DNA from: Solirubrobacterales bacterium
GTDB lineage: Bacteria; Actinomycetota; Thermoleophilia; Solirubrobacterales; Solirubrobacteraceae
Direction: 5' to 3'
NCBI GenBank assembly: GCA_038232275.1
Contig: JBBSIC010000001.1
Span: forward strand, 40,206 to 104,205
DNA: 64,000 nucleotides
Shown here one piece after another: positions 26,403-34,901 of the stretch. The notes beneath the pieces are model-generated. The model saw nothing but the letters and a program-made list of their open reading frames with translations. It did no database searches and was not told where the DNA came from. Position 1 is the first letter of the stretch. Each line of letters starts with the position of its first letter. The position numbers were made by a program, and so were the translations under genes.

Positions 26403-27424
26403 CCGACGAGGATCTGGCGCGGCCCGACTACCTGTCGGCCTCCCACCTGCACCGCTACGCGCTGGCGGCCGCGCTGTGCGCGGGCTCGCGGGTGCTCGAC
26501 GTCGGCTGCGGCACGGGCTACGGCACGGCGATGCTCTCCGAGCGCGGCTGTGAGGCGCTTGGGGTCGACATCGACCCCGAGGCCGTGCGCCAGGCCACCG
26601 GCTCGCATCCGGACGTGACCTTCGAGCAGGGCGACGCCCTGACCCGCCTGCGCGCGACCGGCGCGGAGGACGTCGACGCGGTGGTGATGTTCGAGGCGCT
26701 CGAGCACGTGCCCGATCCCGAGCTGGTCCTCCAGCAGCTGCGGCGCCTGTGCGCGGCCGGCGTGCGGCTCGTCGTCTCCGTGCCCAACAGCCAGGCCTTT
26801 CACGAGCGCAACGAGTTTCACGTCACCGACTACGGGTGGACGGAGGCGCGCCGGGCCTTCGCGGACATCGACGGCGCCGTGTTGTTGTACCAATATCTGT
26901 CGGAGGGCTCGCTGATCGTGTCCGACGAGGCCGAGCGCGCGCTCGACGGCGAGGTCGCCGCGCTCGACCAGGCCGAGCCGGAGTACGCCAACACCTACAT
27001 CTGCGCGGCCGGCTTCGAGCCCGGCGCGGTGACCGCCGCGTCCGCGCGCCTGAACCTGGTCGCCACGCCGAGCCACAACCGCTACATGCTCGATCTCGAG
27101 CGGGCGAACACCGAGGTCTTCCGCGTCAACCGCCAGCTCGCCCGCGGCGTCATGGGCAAGCACGACGCCGCGGCCGCCGCGATGATCTCCAAGTACGAGA
27201 CCGAGATCGCCTACCGCGATCGGCTCGTGGCCGATCTCGACCGCGAGGCCAAGCTGCTCGCCGTCCAGCTCGCCCAGGAGCGCGCCTGGCGCGACGCCCC
27301 GCGCTACCACCTCGTCGATCGCGTAGCTGCCGCGATCCGCGCCGTGCCCGGCGTCGCACAGGTCGCGCGCGGGGCCTGGTGGATCGTGCGACGGGCGTTC
27401 CGCCGCCGACCGCAGGCGGACTAG
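26381..27424 (+). CDS. SAM-dependent methyltransferase with a C-terminal coiled-coil region (WbdD-like architecture)
   Basis: The RBS GAAGGAGG lies 6 nt before GTG 26381. Motif I is VLDVGCGTGYG. The C-terminal roughly 120 aa are heptad-like and charged (NRYMLDLERANTEVFRVNRQLARG...ISKYETEIAYRDRLVADLDREAKLLAVQLAQERAW). It overlaps the upstream GT by 22 nt. Confidence 0.8.
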   Translation: MDVSERLTDEDLARPDYLSASHLHRYALAAALCAGSRVLDVGCGTGYGTAMLSERGCEALGVDIDPEAVRQATGSHPDVTFEQGDALTRLRATGAEDVDAVVMFEALEHVPDPELVLQQLRRLCAAGVRLVVSVPNSQAFHERNEFHVTDYGWTEARRAFADIDGAVLLYQYLSEGSLIVSDEAERALDGEVAALDQAEPEYANTYICAAGFEPGAVTAASARLNLVATPSHNRYMLDLERANTEVFRVNRQLARGVMGKHDAAAAAMISKYETEIAYRDRLVADLDREAKLLAVQLAQERAWRDAPRYHLVDRVAAAIRAVPGVAQVARGAWWIVRRAFRRRPQAD

Positions 27425-28806
27425 CCGCCGAGCTTGAGCTGCTCCGTGGCGCCTTCGGTGACCAGGGCGACCACCGCCATGAACGCGGCGTAGCCGACGG
27501 CGATCGCGGCGGGGGTGAGCCACGAGCGCGGGCGCGCGGGCCGCGGCCAGCCCGGCGCGAGGACGAGCATCGAGGCGAGCACGAAGGCGGGCAGCAGGAA
27601 GCGCGTCTCCACCGCCGAGGGCAGCGCCGACGCGCACGTGAGGACCAGGGCCACCGCGTAGCGCCAGCGGGCAGGGCCGAGGCCCCGGCGGGCGGCCGGC
27701 CACGAAAGCCGCAGCAGCGCGGCGAAGATGAGCGTCCAGCTCGCCAGCCGCAGCGGCCGCTGCCCTCCGGTGTCGAGGCGCTCCACGTACGGCGTGGGGT
27801 AGCGCTGGTCGATGCCGTTGACGACGTGGCGGGCGACCACCCCCGCCATGGTCAGCGGGTGCTCGGCGATCAGGCCGAGGTACTCCAGGTACCCGCTCAC
27901 CCGGCGGTCGCGGCCGAGATCGTCGACCACGGCCCGCGTGTGCGGGTCGAGGTAGCTCATGCGCGGGGACCGGCCGTCGAAGCCGACATAGGTCTCGTAG
28001 CGCTGCAGCTGCAGGCCCGTCGTGAGCTGGAAGCTCGTGAGGTCGGCCGGCGCGCCGGGGAGCGGGCTCCAGAGCCCGTACTGGCGATGGGTGATCAACG
28101 ACTGCGGCACGAGCACCACGGCCATGCCGGCTACCACCAGCGCGAGCGCCGCGGCGCGCCGGCCCCTCCGCGGGCGCTCCGTGCCCGTCCGCCGGCCCAT
28201 CGCCACGAGGACCAGCACGGCGGGGATGAGCACGAGGTAGGCGGGCCGGGTGTCGACGGCGAAGCCGGTCGCGGCGCCGCACGCCGCCACCGCCGGCAGC
28301 GACGAGGCGCGGCTGGCCAACAGCAGCGCCGCCAGCGCGGCGACCAGCGCGGGGAAGTCGCTGAGCGGATAGCTCAGATAGCCGTGCCAGAAGACCAGCA
28401 GCGCCACGACGAGGCCGAGCCGCCGCCAGACCCCGAACGTCCGCTCGGGCCAGATCGCGCGCGCCAGCCGCGGCGCGAGGACCGCGCCGGTGAGCGCGAA
28501 CAGCAGCGCGTTGAACAGCCGCACGACGGTCGAGCCGGTCGCGCCGGCGTCGAAGGCCTCGGCGACGACGCGCAGGGCCCCGTACACCAGCGCGGGCGCG
28601 TACCCGCGCAGCGGGTTGCGGTAGTGCAGCAGGGAGAAGTCGCCGTGGTCGAGGAAGGCCTTCGGGGCGTACCAGTAGGCGGCGGCGTCGAAGGGGGGGA
28701 ACGCCTTGCTGCCGATGACCAGCGCCGTCAGCGCCGCGAGCACGAAGCCGGCGGCGAGCGCGCGCACCTCCGCGCGGGCGAGCCGGCCCCGGATCCCCTC
28801 CCGCAC
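27421..28806 (-). CDS. Polytopic membrane protein, GT-C-like (putative extracytoplasmic glycosyltransferase)
   Basis: About 11 hydrophobic segments are visible. The first loop FPPFDAAAYWYAPKAFLDHGDF has acidic and aromatic residues as in ArnT/PMT-like enzymes. An extracytoplasmic loop of about 110 aa sits in the middle. The family is uncertain. Confidence 0.55.
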   Translation of the reverse strand: MREGIRGRLARAEVRALAAGFVLAALTALVIGSKAFPPFDAAAYWYAPKAFLDHGDFSLLHYRNPLRGYAPALVYGALRVVAEAFDAGATGSTVVRLFNALLFALTGAVLAPRLARAIWPERTFGVWRRLGLVVALLVFWHGYLSYPLSDFPALVAALAALLLASRASSLPAVAACGAATGFAVDTRPAYLVLIPAVLVLVAMGRRTGTERPRRGRRAAALALVVAGMAVVLVPQSLITHRQYGLWSPLPGAPADLTSFQLTTGLQLQRYETYVGFDGRSPRMSYLDPHTRAVVDDLGRDRRVSGYLEYLGLIAEHPLTMAGVVARHVVNGIDQRYPTPYVERLDTGGQRPLRLASWTLIFAALLRLSWPAARRGLGPARWRYAVALVLTCASALPSAVETRFLLPAFVLASMLVLAPGWPRPARPRSWLTPAAIAVGYAAFMAVVALVTEGATEQLKLGG

Positions 28807-28809
28807 GCG

Positions 28810-30075
28810 CTACTCGAGCGGGGAAGCCGGGCTGAACGCCCCGAGCTCCGCCGCGTAGGCGAAGACCTGCGCTGAGCCGAAGGCGTTCCACGGGTCGACG
28901 ATCACCGCATCGGACGAGGCGAGCCGCAGGACCCGCGCCAGCGCCACCGGGGTCGAGTACTCGGAGTGGTTGGTGGCCACGATCACGACGTCGGCGTCGG
29001 TGACGGCCTGGTCGAAATCCTGCGTCGGCGTCGGGACCAGCGGGTCGTGGACGGCGACGTCGGCGAGCTCGCGCTCGAGCAGGCGGATGAGCTTGTGCGA
29101 CAGGGAGTCGCGCTCGTCGTCGGTGTCCTGCTTGAAGGCCAGGCCGAGCACGGCGATCTTCTTCTCGCGCAGCGACCCGCCGACGCGGCGCTTGACGCCG
29201 TCGACCAAGAAGGAGGGGACGCTCTCGTTCACGCGGCTCACCGCCAGCAGCATGCCGGGGGCCGACGAGCGCTCCTCCGAGAAGGCGAAGTCCTTGCGCA
29301 GGCACGTCCCGGCCGTGAAGCCCGGGAGCGCGATGCCGCCGCGCGGGTAGTCGCGGTTGATCAGGTCGATGACGTCGAAGACGTTCGCGCCGTAGCGCTC
29401 GCAGTCCATCATCAGCAGGTTGGGCAGCGCGAAGGTCGCATAGCGCAGGATGTTGGCCCAGATCTTGGCGAGCTCGGCCTGGACCGGGGTCGACTGGACG
29501 ACGGGGGCGCCGAAGATGGCAAACAGGGCGGCGGCCCGGGCGGCGGAGGCGGCGCCGACGCCGCCGACGATGCACGGCAGCGTCCCGATCTCCGCGAAGA
29601 AGCGCGCGGCGGCGATGCGCTCGGGCACGTGGGCGACGAAGACGTCCTCGCCGACCGTGAAGCCGCGGTGCTTCTCCAGGTAGCCGGCGACGAACTCGGT
29701 CGTGCCGGGGGCGACGGTCGAGCGCAGCACCAGCAGGTGCCCGGGCGCGAGCAGCGGCAGCAGGTCGTCGAGCACCAGCCGCACCTCGCCCATGTCGATC
29801 TCGATGTGCGACAGCGCCGGCGTGCCGACGGTCAACACGATCGCCTCGGCGCGAGCGGCGTCGGCCGCGCGCTCGGACAGGCTGAGCCGGTCCGCGACGC
29901 GGGCGAGCATGTCGTCGGCGCCCGGCTCGACGAACGGCATGCGGCCGGCGCCGAGCGCCTCGAGCCGGTCTGAGTCCTTGTCGACGCCGAGCACGCGCAG
30001 GCCGGCGTGGGCGAACGACAGGGCCAGCGGCAGTCCCACTCGGCCCAGACCTATGACCGAGACGTCGTAGTCCAT
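28810..30075 (-). CDS. Nucleotide-sugar dehydrogenase (UDP-glucose/GDP-mannose dehydrogenase family; WecC/TviB-like)
   Basis: The Rossmann motif is VSVIGLGRVGLPLALSFAHAG. The catalytic Cys region is PGFTAGTCLRKD. Confidence 0.9.
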   Translation of the reverse strand: MDYDVSVIGLGRVGLPLALSFAHAGLRVLGVDKDSDRLEALGAGRMPFVEPGADDMLARVADRLSLSERAADAARAEAIVLTVGTPALSHIEIDMGEVRLVLDDLLPLLAPGHLLVLRSTVAPGTTEFVAGYLEKHRGFTVGEDVFVAHVPERIAAARFFAEIGTLPCIVGGVGAASAARAAALFAIFGAPVVQSTPVQAELAKIWANILRYATFALPNLLMMDCERYGANVFDVIDLINRDYPRGGIALPGFTAGTCLRKDFAFSEERSSAPGMLLAVSRVNESVPSFLVDGVKRRVGGSLREKKIAVLGLAFKQDTDDERDSLSHKLIRLLERELADVAVHDPLVPTPTQDFDQAVTDADVVIVATNHSEYSTPVALARVLRLASSDAVIVDPWNAFGSAQVFAYAAELGAFSPASPLE

Positions 30076-30087
30076 GGATCGTCCAGG

Positions 30088-30930
30088 CTAGGAGGCGCGT
30101 CCCCGCGCGCGATGGCGCAGGTACTGCAGCGCGAAGCCGTGGACGAAGAGCGGGTTGTAGCGCGCGTAGCGCCGCCACAGGCGCCGGGGCTCCTTGGCCA
30201 GGCGGAAGGCCCACTCGAGGCCGAAGCGCTGCATCCAGGCGGGCGCCTGCGTGACGAGGCCGGCGTGGAAGTCGAAGGCCGCGCCGACGCCGACCAGGAC
30301 CGAGGCGTCGAGGCGCTCGCGGATGTGCGCCATCCACTTCTCCTGCTTGGGCACGCCGATGCCGACCCACACGATATCCGCGCGGGCGCGGTTGATCTCG
30401 GCGACGACGGCCTCCTCTTCCTCGGCGTCGAGCTCGCGGTAGGGCGGGGAGTAGCCACCGACGATCTGCAGGCCGGGGAAGCGCCGCCGCAGGTTGAGGG
30501 CGAGCTGTACGAGGGCACCCTGGTTGCGACCACCGTAGAGGTACATCCGCACGCCGGTCTCGGCGGCGCGCTCGCAGGCGCGCTCCATCAGCTCGGGGCC
30601 GTAGACGCGGCTGGGAAGGTCGTGGCCGAGCATGTTCATTGCCCACACGAGCGGCTGCCCGTCGGGGACCGTGAAGTCGGCGTTCATGACGGCCTCGCGC
30701 AGGTCGGCGTCCTCCTGGCAGACCATCACCGTGTGCACGGCCGCGACGCAGATGTAGCCGTGGTCGCGCTGGGCGATGGTGGCGTCGATCCAGTCGAGGG
30801 TCTTCTCGTAGTCCGTCAGCGCCAGCGGGATGCCGAGCACGGGCTCCTCGTCGACGCGCGGCGTGACGGGCAGCGGGATGGCCCGGGCAGGGTGCGCCGA
30901 GGCGAGGTTGGTAAGGGCTGGGGAGGGCAT
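30088..30930 (-). CDS. WecG/TagA/CpsF family (GT26) glycosyltransferase
   Basis: ICVAAVHTVM...ADFTVPDGQPLVWAMN...VLVGVGAAFDFHAG is typical of N-acetylmannosamin(uron)yltransferases. Confidence 0.85.
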   Translation of the reverse strand: MPSPALTNLASAHPARAIPLPVTPRVDEEPVLGIPLALTDYEKTLDWIDATIAQRDHGYICVAAVHTVMVCQEDADLREAVMNADFTVPDGQPLVWAMNMLGHDLPSRVYGPELMERACERAAETGVRMYLYGGRNQGALVQLALNLRRRFPGLQIVGGYSPPYRELDAEEEEAVVAEINRARADIVWVGIGVPKQEKWMAHIRERLDASVLVGVGAAFDFHAGLVTQAPAWMQRFGLEWAFRLAKEPRRLWRRYARYNPLFVHGFALQYLRHRARGRAS

Positions 30931-31072
30931 CTTTGGTCTTCGAACGTGCGGGGAGCACGGTTGTTGCGGTATAAACCACCACGCTGCCCGGGCCGCGATG
31001 GTACCGCGGGATTCCGGTGCGTCGTGAGGGCTCTTCCCTTCGGGTTGCCCAATCCCTGCCTCCGCTACGCCT

Positions 31073-32170
31073 CTACGCCGCGGCCGCGGCCAGCGCGGCG
31101 CGCACGGCGGCGGTCACCTCGCCGGCCTGGGCAGCGTCGAAGACCGGGCTCATCGGGATCGCGAGGTGGTCCGCCGCGACCGCCTCGGTGACCGGGAGCC
31201 CGACGCCCGCACCGTAGCGGGACATCGCCGGCTGGCGGTGCACGGGGGTGCGATAGTAGGCCTTGGCGCCGATGCCGCTCTGCGCCAGCGAGGCGGCGAG
31301 GCGGTCGGCCCGGGGATGGCGGATCACGTACAGATGCCAGGCGGGCTCGCAGCCCGTTGCGCGCGCCGGCAGCGTCACGAGCTCGCCGAGGCCGGCCTGC
31401 TCGTAGTGGCGCCCGGCGGCGGCGCGGGCGGCGGCCCAGGTGTCCAGATGGGGCAACAGGACGCGCAGGATCGCGGCCTGCAGCTCGTCAAGGCGGCTGT
31501 TGTAGCCGACCTCCTGATAGCTGACCTTGTCGTAGGAGCCGTGGAAGCGCAGCACCCGCAGCCGCTCCGCCAGGCCGGCGTCGCCGGTGGTGACCGCGCC
31601 GCCGTCGCCGAAGGCCCCGAGGTTCTTCGACGGAAAGAACGAGAACGTCGCCAGCGTGCCCAGCGAGCCCGGGCGGCCGTCGGCGGTGGTCGAGCCGGCC
31701 GCCTGCGCGGCGTCCTCGACGACCGGGACGCCGAGCGCCTCGATCTCGCGCACGGGCGCGACGTTGCCGAACAGGTGGACGGCCAGGATGGCGCGCGTGT
31801 GCGGCGTCAGCGCGGCCCGGACGGTGTCCGCCGTGACGCAGAACGTGCCCGGGTCGATGTCGCAGAAGACGGGGTTGGCGCCGGCGTTGACGATCGCCTC
31901 GGCGCTCGCGTAGAAGGTGAAGGAGGGGACGACGACGTCGTCGCCGGGCAGGACGCCGAGCGCGCGCAGGGCGAGGGTGATCGCGTCCGTGCCGTTGGCG
32001 ACGCCGACCGCGTGGCGCGCGCCGCAGTGGGTGACGAGCTCCTGCTCGAAGGCGGCGACGTTGGGCCCGAGGATGAAGCGCCCGTCGTCGATGACCCCCG
32101 CGATGGCCGCGTCGACCGCCGCGCGCAACGGCAGCAGCGCGGTCTTCGTATCGAACAGGGGGACGGGCAC
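31073..32170 (-). CDS. DegT/DnrJ/EryC1/StrS family PLP-dependent sugar aminotransferase
   Basis: GVANGTDAITLALRALG is present. The PLP lysine lies in FSFFPSKNLGAFGDGG. Confidence 0.9.
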   Translation of the reverse strand: MPVPLFDTKTALLPLRAAVDAAIAGVIDDGRFILGPNVAAFEQELVTHCGARHAVGVANGTDAITLALRALGVLPGDDVVVPSFTFYASAEAIVNAGANPVFCDIDPGTFCVTADTVRAALTPHTRAILAVHLFGNVAPVREIEALGVPVVEDAAQAAGSTTADGRPGSLGTLATFSFFPSKNLGAFGDGGAVTTGDAGLAERLRVLRFHGSYDKVSYQEVGYNSRLDELQAAILRVLLPHLDTWAAARAAAGRHYEQAGLGELVTLPARATGCEPAWHLYVIRHPRADRLAASLAQSGIGAKAYYRTPVHRQPAMSRYGAGVGLPVTEAVAADHLAIPMSPVFDAAQAGEVTAAVRAALAAAAA

Positions 32171-32202
32171 GAGCCGCTGCGCAGCATAGACTCGCGCCGG
32201 AT

Positions 32203-33450
32203 ATGAGGGTTGGCATCGTCGGTCTGGGATACGTCGGTCTTCCGCTCGCCGTGGCGTTCGCCGAGGCGGGGCAGGAGGTGGTCGCGATGGACGTCGACGC
32301 GCGCAAGGTCGAGGCGATCCGCGCGGGCTCCTCCTACGTCGAGGACATCGCCGACGAGCGGCTGCAGGCCGTCGCCGAGCGGATCGAGGCGACGACGCGG
32401 CCGGCGGCGCTCGCGCACGCCGACGCGATCCTCATCTGCGTCCCGACGCCGCTGACCGCCAATCGCGAGCCCGACCTCGGCCAGCTGCTGGACTCCGGGC
32501 GCGCGCTGGCCGGGATCCTGCAGGCCGGTCAGCTGATCGTGCTCGAGTCCACGACCTACCCCGGCACCACGCGCGAGCGGCTCGCGCCCGTGCTCGAGGA
32601 GTCCGGCCTGGCCGCGGGGCGCGACTTCAACCTCGCCTTCTCGCCCGAGCGGGTGGACCCCGGCCGCACCGACTACACGCTGCGCACCACGCCGAAGATC
32701 GTCGGCGGCCTCACCGAGGCGTGCGGGGACCGGGCGGTGGCGCTGTACGAGCTCGTCTGCGACGAGATCGTGCGCGTGTGCACGCCCGAGGTCGCGGAGA
32801 TGTCCAAGTTGTTGGAGAACATCTTCAGGTCGGTCAACATCGCGCTCGTCAACGAGCTCGCGATCCTCGCCGACCGCATGGCCATCGACATCTGGGAGGT
32901 CGTCGAGGCGGCCGCGACCAAGCCGTACGGGTTCATGCGCTTCGAGCCCGGGCCGGGGATGGGCGGGCACTGCCTGCCGGTGGACCCCTTCTACCTGTCG
33001 TGGCGGGCGCGCGAGTACGACATGGCGACGGAGTTCATCGAGCTCGCCGGCAAGATCAACCAGAACATGCCCTACCACTGCGTGCAGCGCGTCGAGCGCG
33101 CGCTCAACGAGGACGGCAAGGCGGTGCGCGGCTCGAAGGTCGTGTTGATCGGCGTCTCCTACAAGTCCGGGACCGGCGACGTGCGCGAGGCGCCGGCGCT
33201 GAAGATCGCGGCGCTGCTGCTCGCGCTCGGCGCCGACCTGCACTACCACGACCCCCACGTGCCCGAGATGCGCGAGGCCGGCCTGCGCTCGGAGGCGCTC
33301 GCGGAGGTGCTGGAGGGCGCCGACGCGGCGGTGATCGTCACCGCCCACCCCGGCGTCGACCACGCGCTGGTCGTCGAGCGCGCGGCGCTGGTGGTCGACC
33401 TGCGCGGCGTCACCCGAGGCGTGCAGGCGCCCAGCGTGCACCGGCTGTAG
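32203..33450 (+). CDS. Nucleotide-sugar dehydrogenase (UDP-N-acetyl-hexosamine 6-dehydrogenase-like, WbpA/WbpO/TviB group)
   Basis: The N-terminus is MRVGIVGLGYVGLPLAVAFAEAG. The catalytic Cys lies in PGPGMGGHCLPVDP. Confidence 0.9.
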   Translation: MRVGIVGLGYVGLPLAVAFAEAGQEVVAMDVDARKVEAIRAGSSYVEDIADERLQAVAERIEATTRPAALAHADAILICVPTPLTANREPDLGQLLDSGRALAGILQAGQLIVLESTTYPGTTRERLAPVLEESGLAAGRDFNLAFSPERVDPGRTDYTLRTTPKIVGGLTEACGDRAVALYELVCDEIVRVCTPEVAEMSKLLENIFRSVNIALVNELAILADRMAIDIWEVVEAAATKPYGFMRFEPGPGMGGHCLPVDPFYLSWRAREYDMATEFIELAGKINQNMPYHCVQRVERALNEDGKAVRGSKVVLIGVSYKSGTGDVREAPALKIAALLLALGADLHYHDPHVPEMREAGLRSEALAEVLEGADAAVIVTAHPGVDHALVVERAALVVDLRGVTRGVQAPSVHRL

Positions 33451-34901
33451 TGCAGGGCGCGGGCGGGCCCGACCTGCTCGACACGCCGGCCGCCGGGTCC
33501 GCGGCGGTGCGGGGCGGGGTGCAGCGCATCGTCGGCTACGTCGTCGGCGTCGCCGTCACCGTGGCGTCGGCGGCGGTGCTGTTCCGCCACCTCGGCGTCG
33601 ACGACGCCGGCCGCTACGTGCTCGTGCTCTCGGTCGTCAACCTGGCGGCCGGGCTCACCGACGCCGGGCTGTCGAACATCGGCGTGCGCGAGCTGGCGCT
33701 GCGCCAGGGCCACGAGCGCCGGAGCTTCTTGTCCAACCTGCTCGGGCTGCGCGTGGCCCTCACCGTGCTCGGCCTCGGCGGCGCGTGCGTCTACGCCGTC
33801 GCCGCCGGGCTCGGCGGGCGCCTCGTGGCCGCGACCGCGATCGCCGGCCTCGGCGTGCTCGTCCAGAACCTGCAGAGCACCTACGCCACCGCGCTGATGG
33901 CCGACCTGCGGCTGGCGCGCGTGACGGTGCTGGACCTGGTCCGCCAGATCGTCACGGCGCTGGCGATCGTCGCGCTGGCCGCGGCCGGCGCGGGCCTGAT
34001 CGGCTTCTTCGCGGTGGCGCCGTTCGCCGGGCTCGTGGTGCTGGCGCCGACCGTCCGCATGGTGCGCCGCAGCGTGCCGCTGTGGCCGGCCTTCGACGTC
34101 GGGGCCTGGCGCCGACTGATCGTCCAGGCCCTGCCGTTCGCGCTCGCCGCGTCGGTGGCGGCGGTCTACTTCCGGCTGGCGATCCTGCTCGTGGACCTCC
34201 TGTCGACCGATCGCCAGACCGGCCTCTTCGGCGCCTCGTTTCGGATCGTCGAGGTCCTGATCATCGTCCCTCAGCTGCTGATCGGCGCGGCGCTGCCGAT
34301 CTTCTCGCGGGCCGCACGCGACGACGCCGAGCGCCTGCGCTACGGCCTCGGCCTGGTGACGGAGTCGATGCTCATGCTCGGGGCGGCGGTCGCGCTCGGG
34401 CTCGTCGCCGCGGCGCCGTTCGCCATCGACGTGGTGGCCGGCAGCCGGTACGCGGACGCGACGCCGGTCCTGCGCATCCACGCCGTGGCGCTGTTCTTTG
34501 CCTTCTTGACGTCGCCCTTCGTCTACGCGCTGCTGTCGCTGCACCGCCATCGCGAGGTCGTGCTAGCGAGCCTCGTGGCGCTCGCCACGCTCGCGGCCGG
34601 GCTGGCGCTGCTCGTCCCGGATCACGGGGCCGTGGGCGCCGCGATCGCGACCGCCGTCGGGGAGGCGGTGCTCGCGGCCTGCTGCTTTGCGTTCGTCGTG
34701 CGGGCGGGCGTGGCGCTGCGCCTCGGCCGCGCGCCGCGGGTCCTGCTGGCGGCGGCGCCGGCGGCGATCCCGGTCGTCCTGCTGCCCGCGATCCCCGCGG
34801 CCCTGGCGGCCGAGGTCGTCTTCGTCGGGCTGCTGCTGGCCCTGCGCGCCGTGCCGGACGAGCTGCTCGACGTGATCCGCCGCCGGAGCCGGACGGCGTG
34901 A
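33450..34901 (+). CDS. Polysaccharide biosynthesis protein / Wzx-type (MOP superfamily) flippase
   Basis: GTG 33450 shares its first base with the upstream TAG. About 12-14 TM segments are visible. The N-terminus RGGVQRIVGYVVGVAVTVASAAVLFRHLGVDDAGRY is typical of this family. Confidence 0.75.
   Translation: MQGAGGPDLLDTPAAGSAAVRGGVQRIVGYVVGVAVTVASAAVLFRHLGVDDAGRYVLVLSVVNLAAGLTDAGLSNIGVRELALRQGHERRSFLSNLLGLRVALTVLGLGGACVYAVAAGLGGRLVAATAIAGLGVLVQNLQSTYATALMADLRLARVTVLDLVRQIVTALAIVALAAAGAGLIGFFAVAPFAGLVVLAPTVRMVRRSVPLWPAFDVGAWRRLIVQALPFALAASVAAVYFRLAILLVDLLSTDRQTGLFGASFRIVEVLIIVPQLLIGAALPIFSRAARDDAERLRYGLGLVTESMLMLGAAVALGLVAAAPFAIDVVAGSRYADATPVLRIHAVALFFAFLTSPFVYALLSLHRHREVVLASLVALATLAAGLALLVPDHGAVGAAIATAVGEAVLAACCFAFVVRAGVALRLGRAPRVLLAAAPAAIPVVLLPAIPAALAAEVVFVGLLLALRAVPDELLDVIRRRSRTA

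Noticed and set aside
27421-28806. Calling this polytopic protein a Wzy polymerase or O-antigen ligase.
   Set aside because: I see no recognisable Wzy_C/ligase loop motif. The architecture fits a GT-C-like protein equally well, so I left it as GT-C-like with moderate confidence.
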